NCBI GenBank assembly: GCA_016210855.1
Contig: JACQTJ010000085.1
Span: 1-59,563 of the forward strand
DNA from: Acidobacteriota bacterium
GTDB lineage: Bacteria > Acidobacteriota > Terriglobia > Acidiferrales > 2-02-FULL-67-57
Reading direction: 5' to 3'
Length of the DNA: 59,563 nucleotides
Positions 35,840 to 44,383 of the stretch are shown in pieces (position 1 is the stretch's first letter; each line of letters starts with the position of its first letter). The notes under the pieces are model-generated. The model was not told where the DNA came from. It saw only the letters and a list, made by a program, of their open reading frames with translations, and made no database searches. A program made the position numbers and the translations under genes.

Positions 35840-36633
35840 ACCAGCGCACAAATCATCGCCTTCGCCGCGGCATCTATGTCCTGCCCAGCCTTTTTACCGT
35901 CGGCAACCTCCTGTGCGGCTACTATTCGATGCTTTCCTCGGCCGGGGGCACCGTGCCGGAGCTCGACCGCGCCGCCAAGCTCATCGGCATCGCCGTGGTG
36001 CTCGATGCCTTGGACGGCCGCGTGGCCCGCATGGGCAACGTCTCCAGCTCCTTCGGCAAAGAATTCGACTCCTTGGCCGATGTCATCAGTTTCGGCATCG
36101 CCCCCGCTTTTTTGGCTCTTGTCTGGGGTTTGCGCGGCCTGAACCCCGCGGCGGCCAGCAACCCCACCCTGGTGCAGCACATCTACCAGGTCGGCTGGAT
36201 CGCCACGTTTGCCTTCGTGATCTGCTGCGCCTGGCGCTTGGCTCGCTTCAACATCCAGGCCGGCGAAGCCCCCCATGCCGGACTCCCCAGCCATCGCTAT
36301 TTTGTCGGTTTGCCCACCCCCGCAGCCGCCGGGGTGATTGCCGCCGCTGTGCACGCCGCTCAGGAGCCCATCACCGAGTGGTATTGGGCGGCGGCCTGGC
36401 TGGCACTGGTGTTTGCCCTGGCCGCCTTGATGGTCAGCCCCATCCGCTACCACAGCTTCAAGCACATCGACCTCGGGCGTCGTCGCCCCTCGGTGGTCGT
36501 CGTCGGCCTGGGACTGCTGGTGTGGTCCATCATCGTCTACTCGCGGGTGGTGCTGCTCGTGATCGCGGTCACCTACCTGCTGGCAGGCCTGGTGGGGCTT
36601 GCTCGGCGGCGGCTGTTCGGGCATGCGGGTTGA
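35836..36633 (+). CDS. pssA: CDP-diacylglycerol--serine O-phosphatidyltransferase
   Basis: CDP-alcohol phosphatidyltransferase motif DALDGRVARMGNVSSSFGKEFDSLADVISF. ATGA overlap with the psd stop. Confidence 0.9.
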   Translation: MNQRTNHRLRRGIYVLPSLFTVGNLLCGYYSMLSSAGGTVPELDRAAKLIGIAVVLDALDGRVARMGNVSSSFGKEFDSLADVISFGIAPAFLALVWGLRGLNPAAASNPTLVQHIYQVGWIATFAFVICCAWRLARFNIQAGEAPHAGLPSHRYFVGLPTPAAAGVIAAAVHAAQEPITEWYWAAAWLALVFALAALMVSPIRYHSFKHIDLGRRRPSVVVVGLGLLVWSIIVYSRVVLLVIAVTYLLAGLVGLARRRLFGHAG

Positions 36634-36642
36634 GGGTTGCCC

Positions 36643-37671
36643 ATGTCCGCTCGCAAGAAGTCCTCGGGCTTGCGCGTGGCCATTCTTGGGGCCGCTTCGC
36701 TCAAGGGAAAGGAATTGAGGGAGGTGCTCGAGGAGCGGCTCTTTCCGGTGAAGAAGCTGGCCCTGCTCGACGACGACGAAGCGCTCGGCCAGCTCACCGA
36801 GTTTGAGGGCGAGCCCACCTTCATCCACCGCATCGCCCCGGAGACTTTTGCGGAAAGCGACCTGGTGTTCTTTGCCTCCACCACGGGCGCTTTCACTCGC
36901 GCCCACTGGCAGCAAGCGGCCGCCGGCCCCGCGGCCTTGATTGACCTCAGCCACGCGCTGCTCGACGTCCCCGAAGCGGTGGTCCGCGTCCCGTTTCTTG
37001 AGAAACACCTGCCCGGGGCGCGCCCTTCGCCCCCGCTTGGGCGTCGCTGGTTCATCGCTCCGCATGCTGCCGCCATCGTGCTGCTCACCTTGCTGGCCCG
37101 CTTGAGTGCCGCCCTGCGTCTGCGTCAGGTGGTGGCCAACGTCTTTGAGCCTGCCTCCGAACGCGGCGCCAGCGGCATGGACGAGTTGCAGGAGCAGACC
37201 GTCCGGCTGTTGTCGTTCCAGGAATTCCCACGGACGGTCTTTGACGCCCAGGTGGCCTTTAACCTGCTGCCCCGCTACGGAGCCGAGAGCCAGGCTCGAC
37301 TCGAGGAGGTCGAAGACACCGTCCGCCGGGAAATCGAGCGCTGCGCCCCTGCCCTGGCCGACCGCCTGGCCCTGCGGGTCCTGCAAGCCCCCATCTTTCA
37401 CGCCCATTGCCTTTCGGTCATGGCCGAGCTTGAAGAACCCTTTGAGGTCTCGGCCGTGGAGCGAGCCCTGGGCGGCGACCACGTCGCGGTGTTGAACCAG
37501 GAGGAGGCTCCGGCGTTACCGGTGGACGTGGCCGGGCGCGATGACATCGTGGTGGGCCCAGTGCTCCGCGATCAGAAGCGCCCCGCAGCCTTCTGGCTCT
37601 GGACGGTGGCCGACAACCTGCGCTTGACGGCGCGCACGGCGGTGGAGATTGCCGAGACCCTGCTGCCGTAA
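36643..37671 (+). CDS. aspartate-semialdehyde dehydrogenase-family protein lacking the catalytic Cys (probable pseudoenzyme)
   Basis: Collinear with Asd/USG-1 (VAILGAASLKGK..., ...FHAHC..., WTVADNLR). The nucleophile motif NPNCST is replaced by APHAAA. The ATG at 36643 is 6 nt after GAGGG. Confidence 0.78.
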   Translation: MSARKKSSGLRVAILGAASLKGKELREVLEERLFPVKKLALLDDDEALGQLTEFEGEPTFIHRIAPETFAESDLVFFASTTGAFTRAHWQQAAAGPAALIDLSHALLDVPEAVVRVPFLEKHLPGARPSPPLGRRWFIAPHAAAIVLLTLLARLSAALRLRQVVANVFEPASERGASGMDELQEQTVRLLSFQEFPRTVFDAQVAFNLLPRYGAESQARLEEVEDTVRREIERCAPALADRLALRVLQAPIFHAHCLSVMAELEEPFEVSAVERALGGDHVAVLNQEEAPALPVDVAGRDDIVVGPVLRDQKRPAAFWLWTVADNLRLTARTAVEIAETLLP

Positions 37672-38188
37672 CACAGGCGAAGCTGCGCTGGCGCTCCTCG
37701 CAGTGTTGTCCGTGACGGCGTGTGGCTACCGCGTGGGGGGCCAGGGTGCGAGCCTCCCCACGGAGATCAAGGTCATTGCCGTCCCGGCCTTTGAGAACCG
37801 TACCCCGTGGATGCGCCTGGAGCAGCGGCTGACTGCCGCCGTCATGCAGGAGTTTATCCACCGCAGCCGCTACCGCGTGGTGGGAAAAGAGCAGGACGCC
37901 GACGCTGTCCTTCGCGGTGCGGTTACGAGCGCCACCACTACGCCGGTCATCTTCGCTCCCGAGACGGGCCGGGCTTCTGCCGTGCAGGTGGCGGTGCGGG
38001 TGAGCGTCGAACTGCGCGACCGCCGCACCCGGGCGACTCTCTATGCCAACCGGGACTTCGTCTTCCGCGAGCAGTACGAAATCTCCAGCGACCTGGACAG
38101 CTTTTTCGAAGAGCGGGACCCCGCTCTCGACCGTCTGGCCCGCGATTTCGCCGCCAGCCTGGTGAGCGCCGTCTTGGAGAATTTTTAG
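37649..38188 (+). CDS. lptE: LPS-assembly lipoprotein LptE-like
   Basis: Lipobox LSVTAC, LptE-like sequence (IAVPAFENRT...AVLRGAVT), and position directly upstream of holA. The TTG start is uncertain. Confidence 0.6.
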   Translation: MPRPCCRNTGEAALALLAVLSVTACGYRVGGQGASLPTEIKVIAVPAFENRTPWMRLEQRLTAAVMQEFIHRSRYRVVGKEQDADAVLRGAVTSATTTPVIFAPETGRASAVQVAVRVSVELRDRRTRATLYANRDFVFREQYEISSDLDSFFEERDPALDRLARDFAASLVSAVLENF

Positions 38189-38191
38189 GCT

Positions 38192-39199
38192 ATGCCGTCG
38201 CGCCGTCCTCTTCGCCGGCCCGCCCCGCCCGCGTACTTGATTGTGGGTGAAGACTCCTACCAGCGTGCTCTCTTTCGCGAGGAGATTATTGCCGCTCACG
38301 TGCCCGCCGAAGCCCGGGACATGGCGGTGGCACGATACGCGCTCGACGAGACCCCCCTGGAAGAAGTGCTCGGCCGGGCGGCCACGCCGCCGCTCTTCAG
38401 TCCTAGCCAGGTGCTCCTGCTGACCGCCGCCGAAGCCGTGAGCGACGAGCAGCTCGAACGCTTGGAAAAGTACCTGGAAAGTCCCCCAGACTGCGCCGTA
38501 TTGATCTTTGAGGCCGACAAGCTCGATCGCCGCACCCGAGCCGCCCGCTTCTTGCTCGAGCGCTGCCAGGTCCTCGCCGCCGAGCCTCTCGAGGACACGG
38601 CTGCGGTTGAGGCTGCCCGCCGCTTTGCGCGTGAATTGGGCCTGACGCTCGGCCGCGGAGCCGCCGAGGACTTGGTCTTCGTACTGGGAAACGACCAGAG
38701 TCGTCTCCGCGCGGAATTGCAGAAGCTGCGCTCCTACGTAGGGGAGCACGCTGAGATAACTTCTGATGACGTGGCGGCGGTGATAAGCCCGGCGCGGCAG
38801 TTCAGCGTCTTTGAACTGGCGGACTTGCTCACCGAGCGCCGCCGCGCAGATATTCTGGTCCGCCTCCGGCGCCTGCTGGAAGCAGGGGAGAGTCCGGTGG
38901 GCATCGTGGGGCTGCTTGGCTGGCTGTATCGGCAATTGTTGCAGGCGCACGCCCTGCCGCGAAACACCCCCGTAGGGAAGGCAGCCGAGACCTTGCGAGC
39001 TCCCCGTATGCGCGTGGAGGGCTTGCTCCGCCAGGCCCGCAAGTTCCGGCCCGAAGAATTGCGTCAGGCGTTTGAAGCTTTGCTTGAGGCGGACGTGGCC
39101 CTGAAGTCTTCACCGCCTGACCCGGTGGCCATTTTGGAGGTGCTGGTCGCTCGCCTGACTCCGTTGGGCAAAAAAGAGGAGAGGAGTGCGAGGGCCTAG
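38192..39199 (+). CDS. holA: DNA polymerase III subunit delta
   Basis: 335 aa; HolA-like N-terminus (YLIVGEDSYQ) and the conserved lptE-holA order. Confidence 0.85.
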   Translation: MPSRRPLRRPAPPAYLIVGEDSYQRALFREEIIAAHVPAEARDMAVARYALDETPLEEVLGRAATPPLFSPSQVLLLTAAEAVSDEQLERLEKYLESPPDCAVLIFEADKLDRRTRAARFLLERCQVLAAEPLEDTAAVEAARRFARELGLTLGRGAAEDLVFVLGNDQSRLRAELQKLRSYVGEHAEITSDDVAAVISPARQFSVFELADLLTERRRADILVRLRRLLEAGESPVGIVGLLGWLYRQLLQAHALPRNTPVGKAAETLRAPRMRVEGLLRQARKFRPEELRQAFEALLEADVALKSSPPDPVAILEVLVARLTPLGKKEERSARA

Positions 39200-39513
39200 C
39201 GGCTGGCTGTGGTCGCTTGCTGCTTGAGCAGGGCGTTGTAGCGCAACATCAGCCGCGACTTTGTCCGGCTGGTCGTGTTGGCGTGCAAGATGCGCTTGTG
39301 GATGGAGCGGTCGATCGCCGAAAGCGTAGCCCCCAGGAACTCCCGGGCTTGCGAGAGGTTGCCGGCGGCCACCGCCTGGCCGAATCGCTTGATCTGCGTG
39401 CGCAGCCGGCTCTTATTGGCCCGGTTGATTGCTTGCCGGCGCTCCGCCTGACGGATTCGCTTCAGCACCGACCTCGACCGGCGCTTGCGCTTTGCGGAAA
39501 TGGTGGTCGCCAT
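39196..39513 (-). CDS. rpsT: 30S ribosomal protein S20
   Basis: Basic 105-aa protein (SVLKRIRQAERRQAINRANKSRLRTQIKR); AAAGGAG RBS. Confidence 0.95.
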   Translation of the reverse strand: MATTISAKRKRRSRSVLKRIRQAERRQAINRANKSRLRTQIKRFGQAVAAGNLSQAREFLGATLSAIDRSIHKRILHANTTSRTKSRLMLRYNALLKQQATTASR

Positions 39514-39543
39514 TCAGTCTCCTTTCTCGCTCGGAAACCATCA

Positions 39544-39572
39544 AGCTTACGGGAGTTCCCGCCAACTGTCAA
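39544..39572 (-). promoter_or_regulatory. candidate rpsT promoter
   Basis: Minus strand reads TTGACA (39572-39567), a 17-nt spacer, then TAAGCT (39549-39544). Confidence 0.5.
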
Positions 39573-39577
39573 CGCGG

Positions 39578-39627
39578 CCTGCTGGCGGGTAGCCTCCTAA
39601 CCAAATTAGGCGACTACCTGCTGGCGG
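39578..39627. promoter_or_regulatory. 50-bp symmetric element in the rpsT / Cys-rich gene divergent region
   Basis: Direct repeats CCTGCTGGCGG (39578-39588 and 39617-39627) flank an imperfect palindrome GTAGCCTCCTAA-ccaaa-TTAGGCGACTAC. Confidence 0.4.
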
Positions 39628-39640
39628 ATTCGGAGAGGGG

Positions 39641-39669
39641 TTGCGCGGCGACAGGCCGCCCGCTATAGT
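39641..39669 (+). promoter_or_regulatory. candidate promoter of the Cys-rich small protein gene
   Basis: TTGCGC (39641-39646), a 17-nt spacer, then TATAGT (39664-39669). Confidence 0.5.
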
Positions 39670-39701
39670 GAGACCCGCCAAACGCTCGCCGCGAGGGACT
39701 T

Positions 39702-39884
39702 ATGAGCGCGAATGAATTCAAATGCGCGCAGTGCGACCAGCCCGAGGAGCGCTGCATCTGCGAAAAATACTGTTGCCTCTGCCAGAACACGGACGGAGTG
39801 CGCTTGGTCGGAGATGGGCTCTACTACTGCCACGACTGCCGGGAAGCCTGCGGCTACAAGACCCAGGACGAGGTCGCGCGCTGA
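39702..39884 (+). CDS. small cysteine-rich protein (10 Cys in 60 aa), probable zinc-binding
   Basis: MSANEFKCAQCDQPEERCICEKYCCLCQNTDGVRLVGDGLYYCHDCREACGYK.... Strong G/C third-position bias; GAGGG RBS 4 nt upstream. Confidence 0.7.
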   Translation: MSANEFKCAQCDQPEERCICEKYCCLCQNTDGVRLVGDGLYYCHDCREACGYKTQDEVAR

Positions 39885-40018
39885 GCCGGACCCCCGCCGT
39901 TCTTTCGCTCTTTGATTGGCAAGGCAGGGGCCGTTGGTGTATCCTCCCCCCCCGCGTCGTGAACCCGGCGGAGACTTAGACGACGCCTGGCGGAGGAGTG
40001 TGCCGCTCGCCTTCCCCT

Positions 40019-40408
40019 ATGGGCAGTGAGAAGAGGCTCACGGTGGCACTCGGGATCACGCCCGACCCCGAGTTGCTTTCCGTGGTCGAGGGACTGGTCG
40101 GGGGCTTGGCGGAGCAGATGGGGTTCCCGGAACCTCACCGTCTCGGCTTGGTGGCGGGCGTGGGACAGGCGTGCCGGCTGCTGATGGGTACACGGGTGGG
40201 GAACGACGGGTCCGAAATGCACTTTGAGTTTGCCGCCTTTGCCGACCGCCTGGAGATCGTGGTGGAGGACGGGGGAACGGCCTCTCAGCCAACCGAGGCC
40301 GACTCCTATCTGCTTACGCAGTGGCTGGACCGGGTGTCGATGGAGGACACCGAGGAGGGGCACGTGCGCCTGACTCTGGTCAAGTCCCTCCCCGGGGTGC
40401 GGAGTTGA
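40019..40408 (+). CDS. hypothetical protein resembling a degenerate RsbW/SpoIIAB-type anti-sigma kinase
   Basis: Same length and layout as the RsbW-like protein at 47664-48149 (..DRLEIVVEDGG.., ..GHVRLTLVK), but without the N-box Asn or the G1/G2 glycine motifs. The start is ambiguous (GTG 39998 or ATG 40019). Confidence 0.5.
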   Translation: MGSEKRLTVALGITPDPELLSVVEGLVGGLAEQMGFPEPHRLGLVAGVGQACRLLMGTRVGNDGSEMHFEFAAFADRLEIVVEDGGTASQPTEADSYLLTQWLDRVSMEDTEEGHVRLTLVKSLPGVRS

Positions 40409-40410
40409 CC

Positions 40411-40767
40411 GTGAAGGTAAACGTTCGCCAGCGCGGCCAGACCACCATCCTGGACGTGGACGGGCAGATCACTTTCGAAAGCACGCCGGGGCTCCGGGAA
40501 CACCTGTTGACCGCGCTGAAAAAGAAGAGCTCGGTGCTGGTGAATCTTTCTCAAGTCGCCTATATGGACAGCTCCGGCATCGCCACCCTGGTCGAGGGCC
40601 TCAAAGCCGCCCACACGCAGAAGGCGAGTTTCGGGCTGTTTGGACTCACCAAGAATACCCGCAGCGTGCTGGAGCTGGTGCGGCTTGACAAAGTCTTCAA
40701 GATTTTTGGCGATGAAGAAGAAGCCGTGCGTCTGCTCGCCTCCACAGCCTCCAAAGAACCCATCTGA
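40411..40767 (+). CDS. STAS domain protein (anti-anti-sigma / MlaB-like)
   Basis: SpoIIAA/RsbV-type motif NLSQVAYMDSSGIATLVEG with the conserved Ser. GGAG lies 6 nt upstream of the GTG, and the start is 2 nt after the preceding stop. Confidence 0.88.
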   Translation: MKVNVRQRGQTTILDVDGQITFESTPGLREHLLTALKKKSSVLVNLSQVAYMDSSGIATLVEGLKAAHTQKASFGLFGLTKNTRSVLELVRLDKVFKIFGDEEEAVRLLASTASKEPI

Positions 40768-40776
40768 ACCATCCCT

Positions 40777-41571
40777 ATGGGCGCTTGGCTTGCCTTCGTC
40801 GGACGCAACACCCTGGCCTTCTTGCGCTATAGCGGCGGGGTGGCTCGTTTGGGGGGGGACGCCGCCTACTGGACCCTGGTGGCGCCCTGGCGCGGCAAGG
40901 GTCTTCGCGTCCGCGCCACCATCCACCAGATGGTGCTCACCGGCGTGAATGCCGTCCCCATCGTCTCTTTGATTGCCCTGTTCGTGGGCATGATCCTCGC
41001 CTTCCAGAGCGCCTATGAGCTGCGCAAGTACGGCGGCACCGTGTTTGTGGTGAACCTGGTGGCCGTGGCCATGACCCGGCAGCTCGGGCCGCTCATGACG
41101 GCGGTCATTGTGGCCGGACGCTCGGCCTCTTCCTTCGCCGCCGAGCTCGGTACCATGAAGGTCGGGGAAGAGCTCGATGCCCTGGAAACCATGGGACTGA
41201 ACCGGGTGAAGTTCTTGGTGGTGCCCAAGTATCTGGCCCTCATTTTGATGATGCCGTGCTTGACCCTGGTTGCTGACCTGATGGGCATTGTGGGGGGCTC
41301 GCTGTTTACCACGGTCGAGCTCGGCATGCCCCTCTCCTACTACTGGAGCCGGGCGGTGGACGCCCTCCTGCTCAAGGATATTCTTTCTGGCCTGATCAAG
41401 AGCGTGGTCTTCGGCATCATCATCACTGAAGTCGGCTGCTACGAAGGGTTCTCTGTACGGGGCGGTGCCGAAGGGGTAGGCCTGGCCACCACCAGTTCGG
41501 TCGTCACCTCCATCACCGCCATCATCGCTGCCGACATGTTCTTCAGCGGACTGTTCTACTACATCTGGTGA
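40777..41571 (+). CDS. mlaE: MlaE-family ABC transporter permease
   Basis: 264 aa with a typical MlaE sequence (MTRQLGPLMTAVIVAGRSASSFAAELGTMKVGEELDALETMG). Confidence 0.92.
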   Translation: MGAWLAFVGRNTLAFLRYSGGVARLGGDAAYWTLVAPWRGKGLRVRATIHQMVLTGVNAVPIVSLIALFVGMILAFQSAYELRKYGGTVFVVNLVAVAMTRQLGPLMTAVIVAGRSASSFAAELGTMKVGEELDALETMGLNRVKFLVVPKYLALILMMPCLTLVADLMGIVGGSLFTTVELGMPLSYYWSRAVDALLLKDILSGLIKSVVFGIIITEVGCYEGFSVRGGAEGVGLATTSSVVTSITAIIAADMFFSGLFYYIW

Positions 41572-42374
41572 GAGCCATGGATGCGAACAGCGCCATCATC
41601 CGCGTCGAAAACCTGACCACGCACTACGGCGACCGCCGTATCCTGAACAACATCAACCTGGCCATCCACCCCCGGGAAACCATGGTGCTCCTGGGTTCGA
41701 GTGGCACGGGCAAGAGCACCCTGCTGCGGCACATCCTGGCCCTCGAGAAGCCCACCGGCGGGCACATTCACGTTAAGGGGCTGGACGTCTGTCACTGCGC
41801 AGAGGAAGAACTGATCGAGCTCCGCCGTCACCTGGGGGTGCTCTTTCAGAGCGGCGCCCTGTTTGGCTCCATGTCGCTTGGCGACAACGTGGCTCTCCCT
41901 TTGCGAGAGCTCACCCGCTTGGACGAGTCCACCATCCAGGTGCTCGTCCGGCTGAAGCTCGATATGGTGGGCTTGGGTGGCTTCGAGAACCTGTGGCCAT
42001 CACAGCTGAGCGGCGGCATGCGCAAACGCGCCGGCCTGGCGCGGGCCCTGGCCCTGGACCCGGAAATCCTGCTCTTCGATGAGCCCTCCGCCGGGCTCGA
42101 CCCCATCACCGCCGCCGGCATCGACGAGCTGATCCTGAAGCTCAAAGAAACCTTCCCCATGACCATCGTGGTGGTTACGCACGAGCTGGCCAGCGCTTTC
42201 TTGATCGCCGACCGCATGGCCGTCATGTCTGCGGGCGAAGTCATTGCCCTGGGAACTCGGGAGGAAATCCGGCAGTCTTCGCACCCCCGGGTGCAGCAGT
42301 TCCTGAACCGCAAGCCCGAGGAGCTGGTGCGCGACCACGAGGCCTACCTGCGGTCGCTCACCGCTCCCTCCTGA
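41568..42374 (+). CDS. mlaF: MlaF-family ABC transporter ATP-binding protein
   Basis: Walker A GSSGTGKST, signature LSGGMRKR and Walker B LLFDEP. Start is GTG 41568 (GTGA overlap with mlaE) or ATG 41577. Confidence 0.93.
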   Translation: MRAMDANSAIIRVENLTTHYGDRRILNNINLAIHPRETMVLLGSSGTGKSTLLRHILALEKPTGGHIHVKGLDVCHCAEEELIELRRHLGVLFQSGALFGSMSLGDNVALPLRELTRLDESTIQVLVRLKLDMVGLGGFENLWPSQLSGGMRKRAGLARALALDPEILLFDEPSAGLDPITAAGIDELILKLKETFPMTIVVVTHELASAFLIADRMAVMSAGEVIALGTREEIRQSSHPRVQQFLNRKPEELVRDHEAYLRSLTAPS

Positions 42375-42399
42375 ATCTCTCCTGACCGAGGTGAACGCC

Positions 42400-43365
42400 A
42401 TGGACCGGAGCGAAGAAATCAAAGTCGGCTTGTTGGTCGTGGGGGCCGTCGTTCTGCTCGTGCTGGCCCTGGCCTTTGTCGGAGGGATGAACGTCCTTCA
42501 GCAGCCGCGAGACTTCTACACTCTGCGCACCCAGTTCGCCGGCGGCGTCGAAGCCGGCTCACCCGTCCGCTATGCTGGCATCAAGGTTGGCCGCGTCGAG
42601 GGCACCACCCTCGACCCCAAGGACCCTGGTCGTGTCGTCATCACGATCAGCGTGGATCCGCAGACTCCGGTCCGCACCGACAGCAAAGCCGAGGTCAGTT
42701 CGCTCGGAATGCTGGGGGAGAACTACATTGAGATTCATCCCGGCAGCCCCCAGGCCGACCGCCTGCCTCCCGGGAGCGAGATTCCGGTCCAGGAGGCGGT
42801 GCGCTGGGGGGAGCTGGTCAACCGCTTTGGGGGGGCCACCGAAGAAGCCAAGGCCTTGCTCGCCGATGCCCGGCCGCGCGTGAATGCTGCGCTGGACAAC
42901 ATCAAGGAGCTCACCGACGAAGAGAACCGCCGCCGGGTTCGCAGCGTCCTGGCCCGGATGGACCAGATTCTCACCGACGCCCAGCCCCGGGTGAAAACCG
43001 TCCTCGCCAACTTCGAAAGCAGCAGCGGGAAGATTGACAAGTTCATGGACGAAATCAAGGTGACCCGGGCCAACCTCGATAAGCTTCTCGAGAACTGGAG
43101 CCGGCTGGCCGATGGCGATCAGGCAGAGGTGCAGTTGACCTTGCAGAAACTGCGCGACACCCTGGCCCACGCCGAGCAGGCCATGGATGAAGTTCAGCGC
43201 CTGCTGATTGCCAACCGGGAGCACCTGGACGTTACACTGGAGAACATCCGCGTGGCCTCCGAGGACGTCCGCGAGATCAGCGACACGGTCAAGCAGCGGC
43301 CCTCAAGCCTGGTGTGGAGCAAGAGTCCGGCCGACCGGCGGCCCGGCGAGCCGGCGAAGAAGTAG
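42400..43365 (+). CDS. mlaD: MlaD/MCE-family substrate-binding protein
   Basis: N-terminal TM helix, an MCE domain (GSPVRYAGIKVGRV) and a long C-terminal helical region. The ATG at 42400 is 8 nt after GAGG; the track start is 42391. Confidence 0.88.
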   Translation: MDRSEEIKVGLLVVGAVVLLVLALAFVGGMNVLQQPRDFYTLRTQFAGGVEAGSPVRYAGIKVGRVEGTTLDPKDPGRVVITISVDPQTPVRTDSKAEVSSLGMLGENYIEIHPGSPQADRLPPGSEIPVQEAVRWGELVNRFGGATEEAKALLADARPRVNAALDNIKELTDEENRRRVRSVLARMDQILTDAQPRVKTVLANFESSSGKIDKFMDEIKVTRANLDKLLENWSRLADGDQAEVQLTLQKLRDTLAHAEQAMDEVQRLLIANREHLDVTLENIRVASEDVREISDTVKQRPSSLVWSKSPADRRPGEPAKK

Positions 43366-43376
43366 GGTTGGCTGAA

Positions 43377-44375
43377 TCAGCGGGGCTCGAGGAGCGCCCG
43401 CAGGTCTGTTTCTGCGATCGCCATGTGCATGTCCACCCGCTCGCCGCTGGCGCGCACTTCTGCTGCCCGCAGTGCGGAGCTGAGGGTGGAATGGGCGGAT
43501 TGCGCCGCCTTCCAGCTCTGCGCCATCAGCCCGGTCTCAAGCAGCAGTGCAAGCTCTTGGGCGTCTGCCGGTCGCGAGCACAAGATCTGGAAGCTCAAGG
43601 CGACGCCTTGGTCAACGTTGGCCCGCAGCAGGGAAGACCGGAATCCCTCTGCCACCCGGGGGAATTCCGCGAACTTGGCCGCTTCCGGCAGCAGCCGGCG
43701 CACGGCTTCTTGCGTGTAGTGCGGGTCAAACACCGCCCAGGCAGGGGCGCGGCCGTTCACTTCGTCGAGGCGCTCACGGAGGAGGGCGTTCCCGGTTAGG
43801 CTCCCGTGCGCTCCGAAGCGGGTTTCCAGCAATAGCTCCAGACCGGCCCGGGTCCCGAAAGCGGCCGTCGTGGAGTTGAGAAACGCCAGGAAAAGGTCCG
43901 CACCGGCTGCCCCAGCGAGGGGGAAGAGCGTCTGACCTCGGTAGGCGTCGAGTGGAACCTTCTGTGCGAGGAGAAACTGCTCGGCTTTCTCCGGAGCGAA
44001 CCGGCCCTGGGCAATCCCCAGGAAGAGCTCGCGCGGCCGCCCAGGGTTTGGCGCCGTCCTCACCCATGCCACCCAGTCCAGGCCCTTCTCCACGTCCAGC
44101 GAGCGCAACAGAGGTTCGACAGCGCGAAAGCGGGAGCCCAGCAAGCGCTGCTTGAGCAGAGGATAGTGGGGCGAGTCGCGCAAAGTCTGGAGGTCGAGGA
44201 AAACAACTTCACCGCTCTCCAGCGGAAGTAGGTAGAGTGCGTCGCTCGAGAGCGAACCCGCTCCCGGGCTCGGCGCCGCCGGCCAGAGAACGGTGATCGC
44301 CAGAACGACCGCGCAGACTTTCGCTTTCCCGACCGATTGCTTGCGGCAGTTCGATCCCCACCGGGGGCTTGCCAT
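43377..44375 (-). CDS. hypothetical exported protein
   Basis: 332 aa with a signal-like N-terminus (KAKVCAVVLAITVLWPAAPSPGAG). It starts 8 nt after the ftcD stop. I recognise no family. Confidence 0.6.
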   Translation of the reverse strand: MASPRWGSNCRKQSVGKAKVCAVVLAITVLWPAAPSPGAGSLSSDALYLLPLESGEVVFLDLQTLRDSPHYPLLKQRLLGSRFRAVEPLLRSLDVEKGLDWVAWVRTAPNPGRPRELFLGIAQGRFAPEKAEQFLLAQKVPLDAYRGQTLFPLAGAAGADLFLAFLNSTTAAFGTRAGLELLLETRFGAHGSLTGNALLRERLDEVNGRAPAWAVFDPHYTQEAVRRLLPEAAKFAEFPRVAEGFRSSLLRANVDQGVALSFQILCSRPADAQELALLLETGLMAQSWKAAQSAHSTLSSALRAAEVRASGERVDMHMAIAETDLRALLEPR

Positions 44376-44383
44376 GGGAGCGC

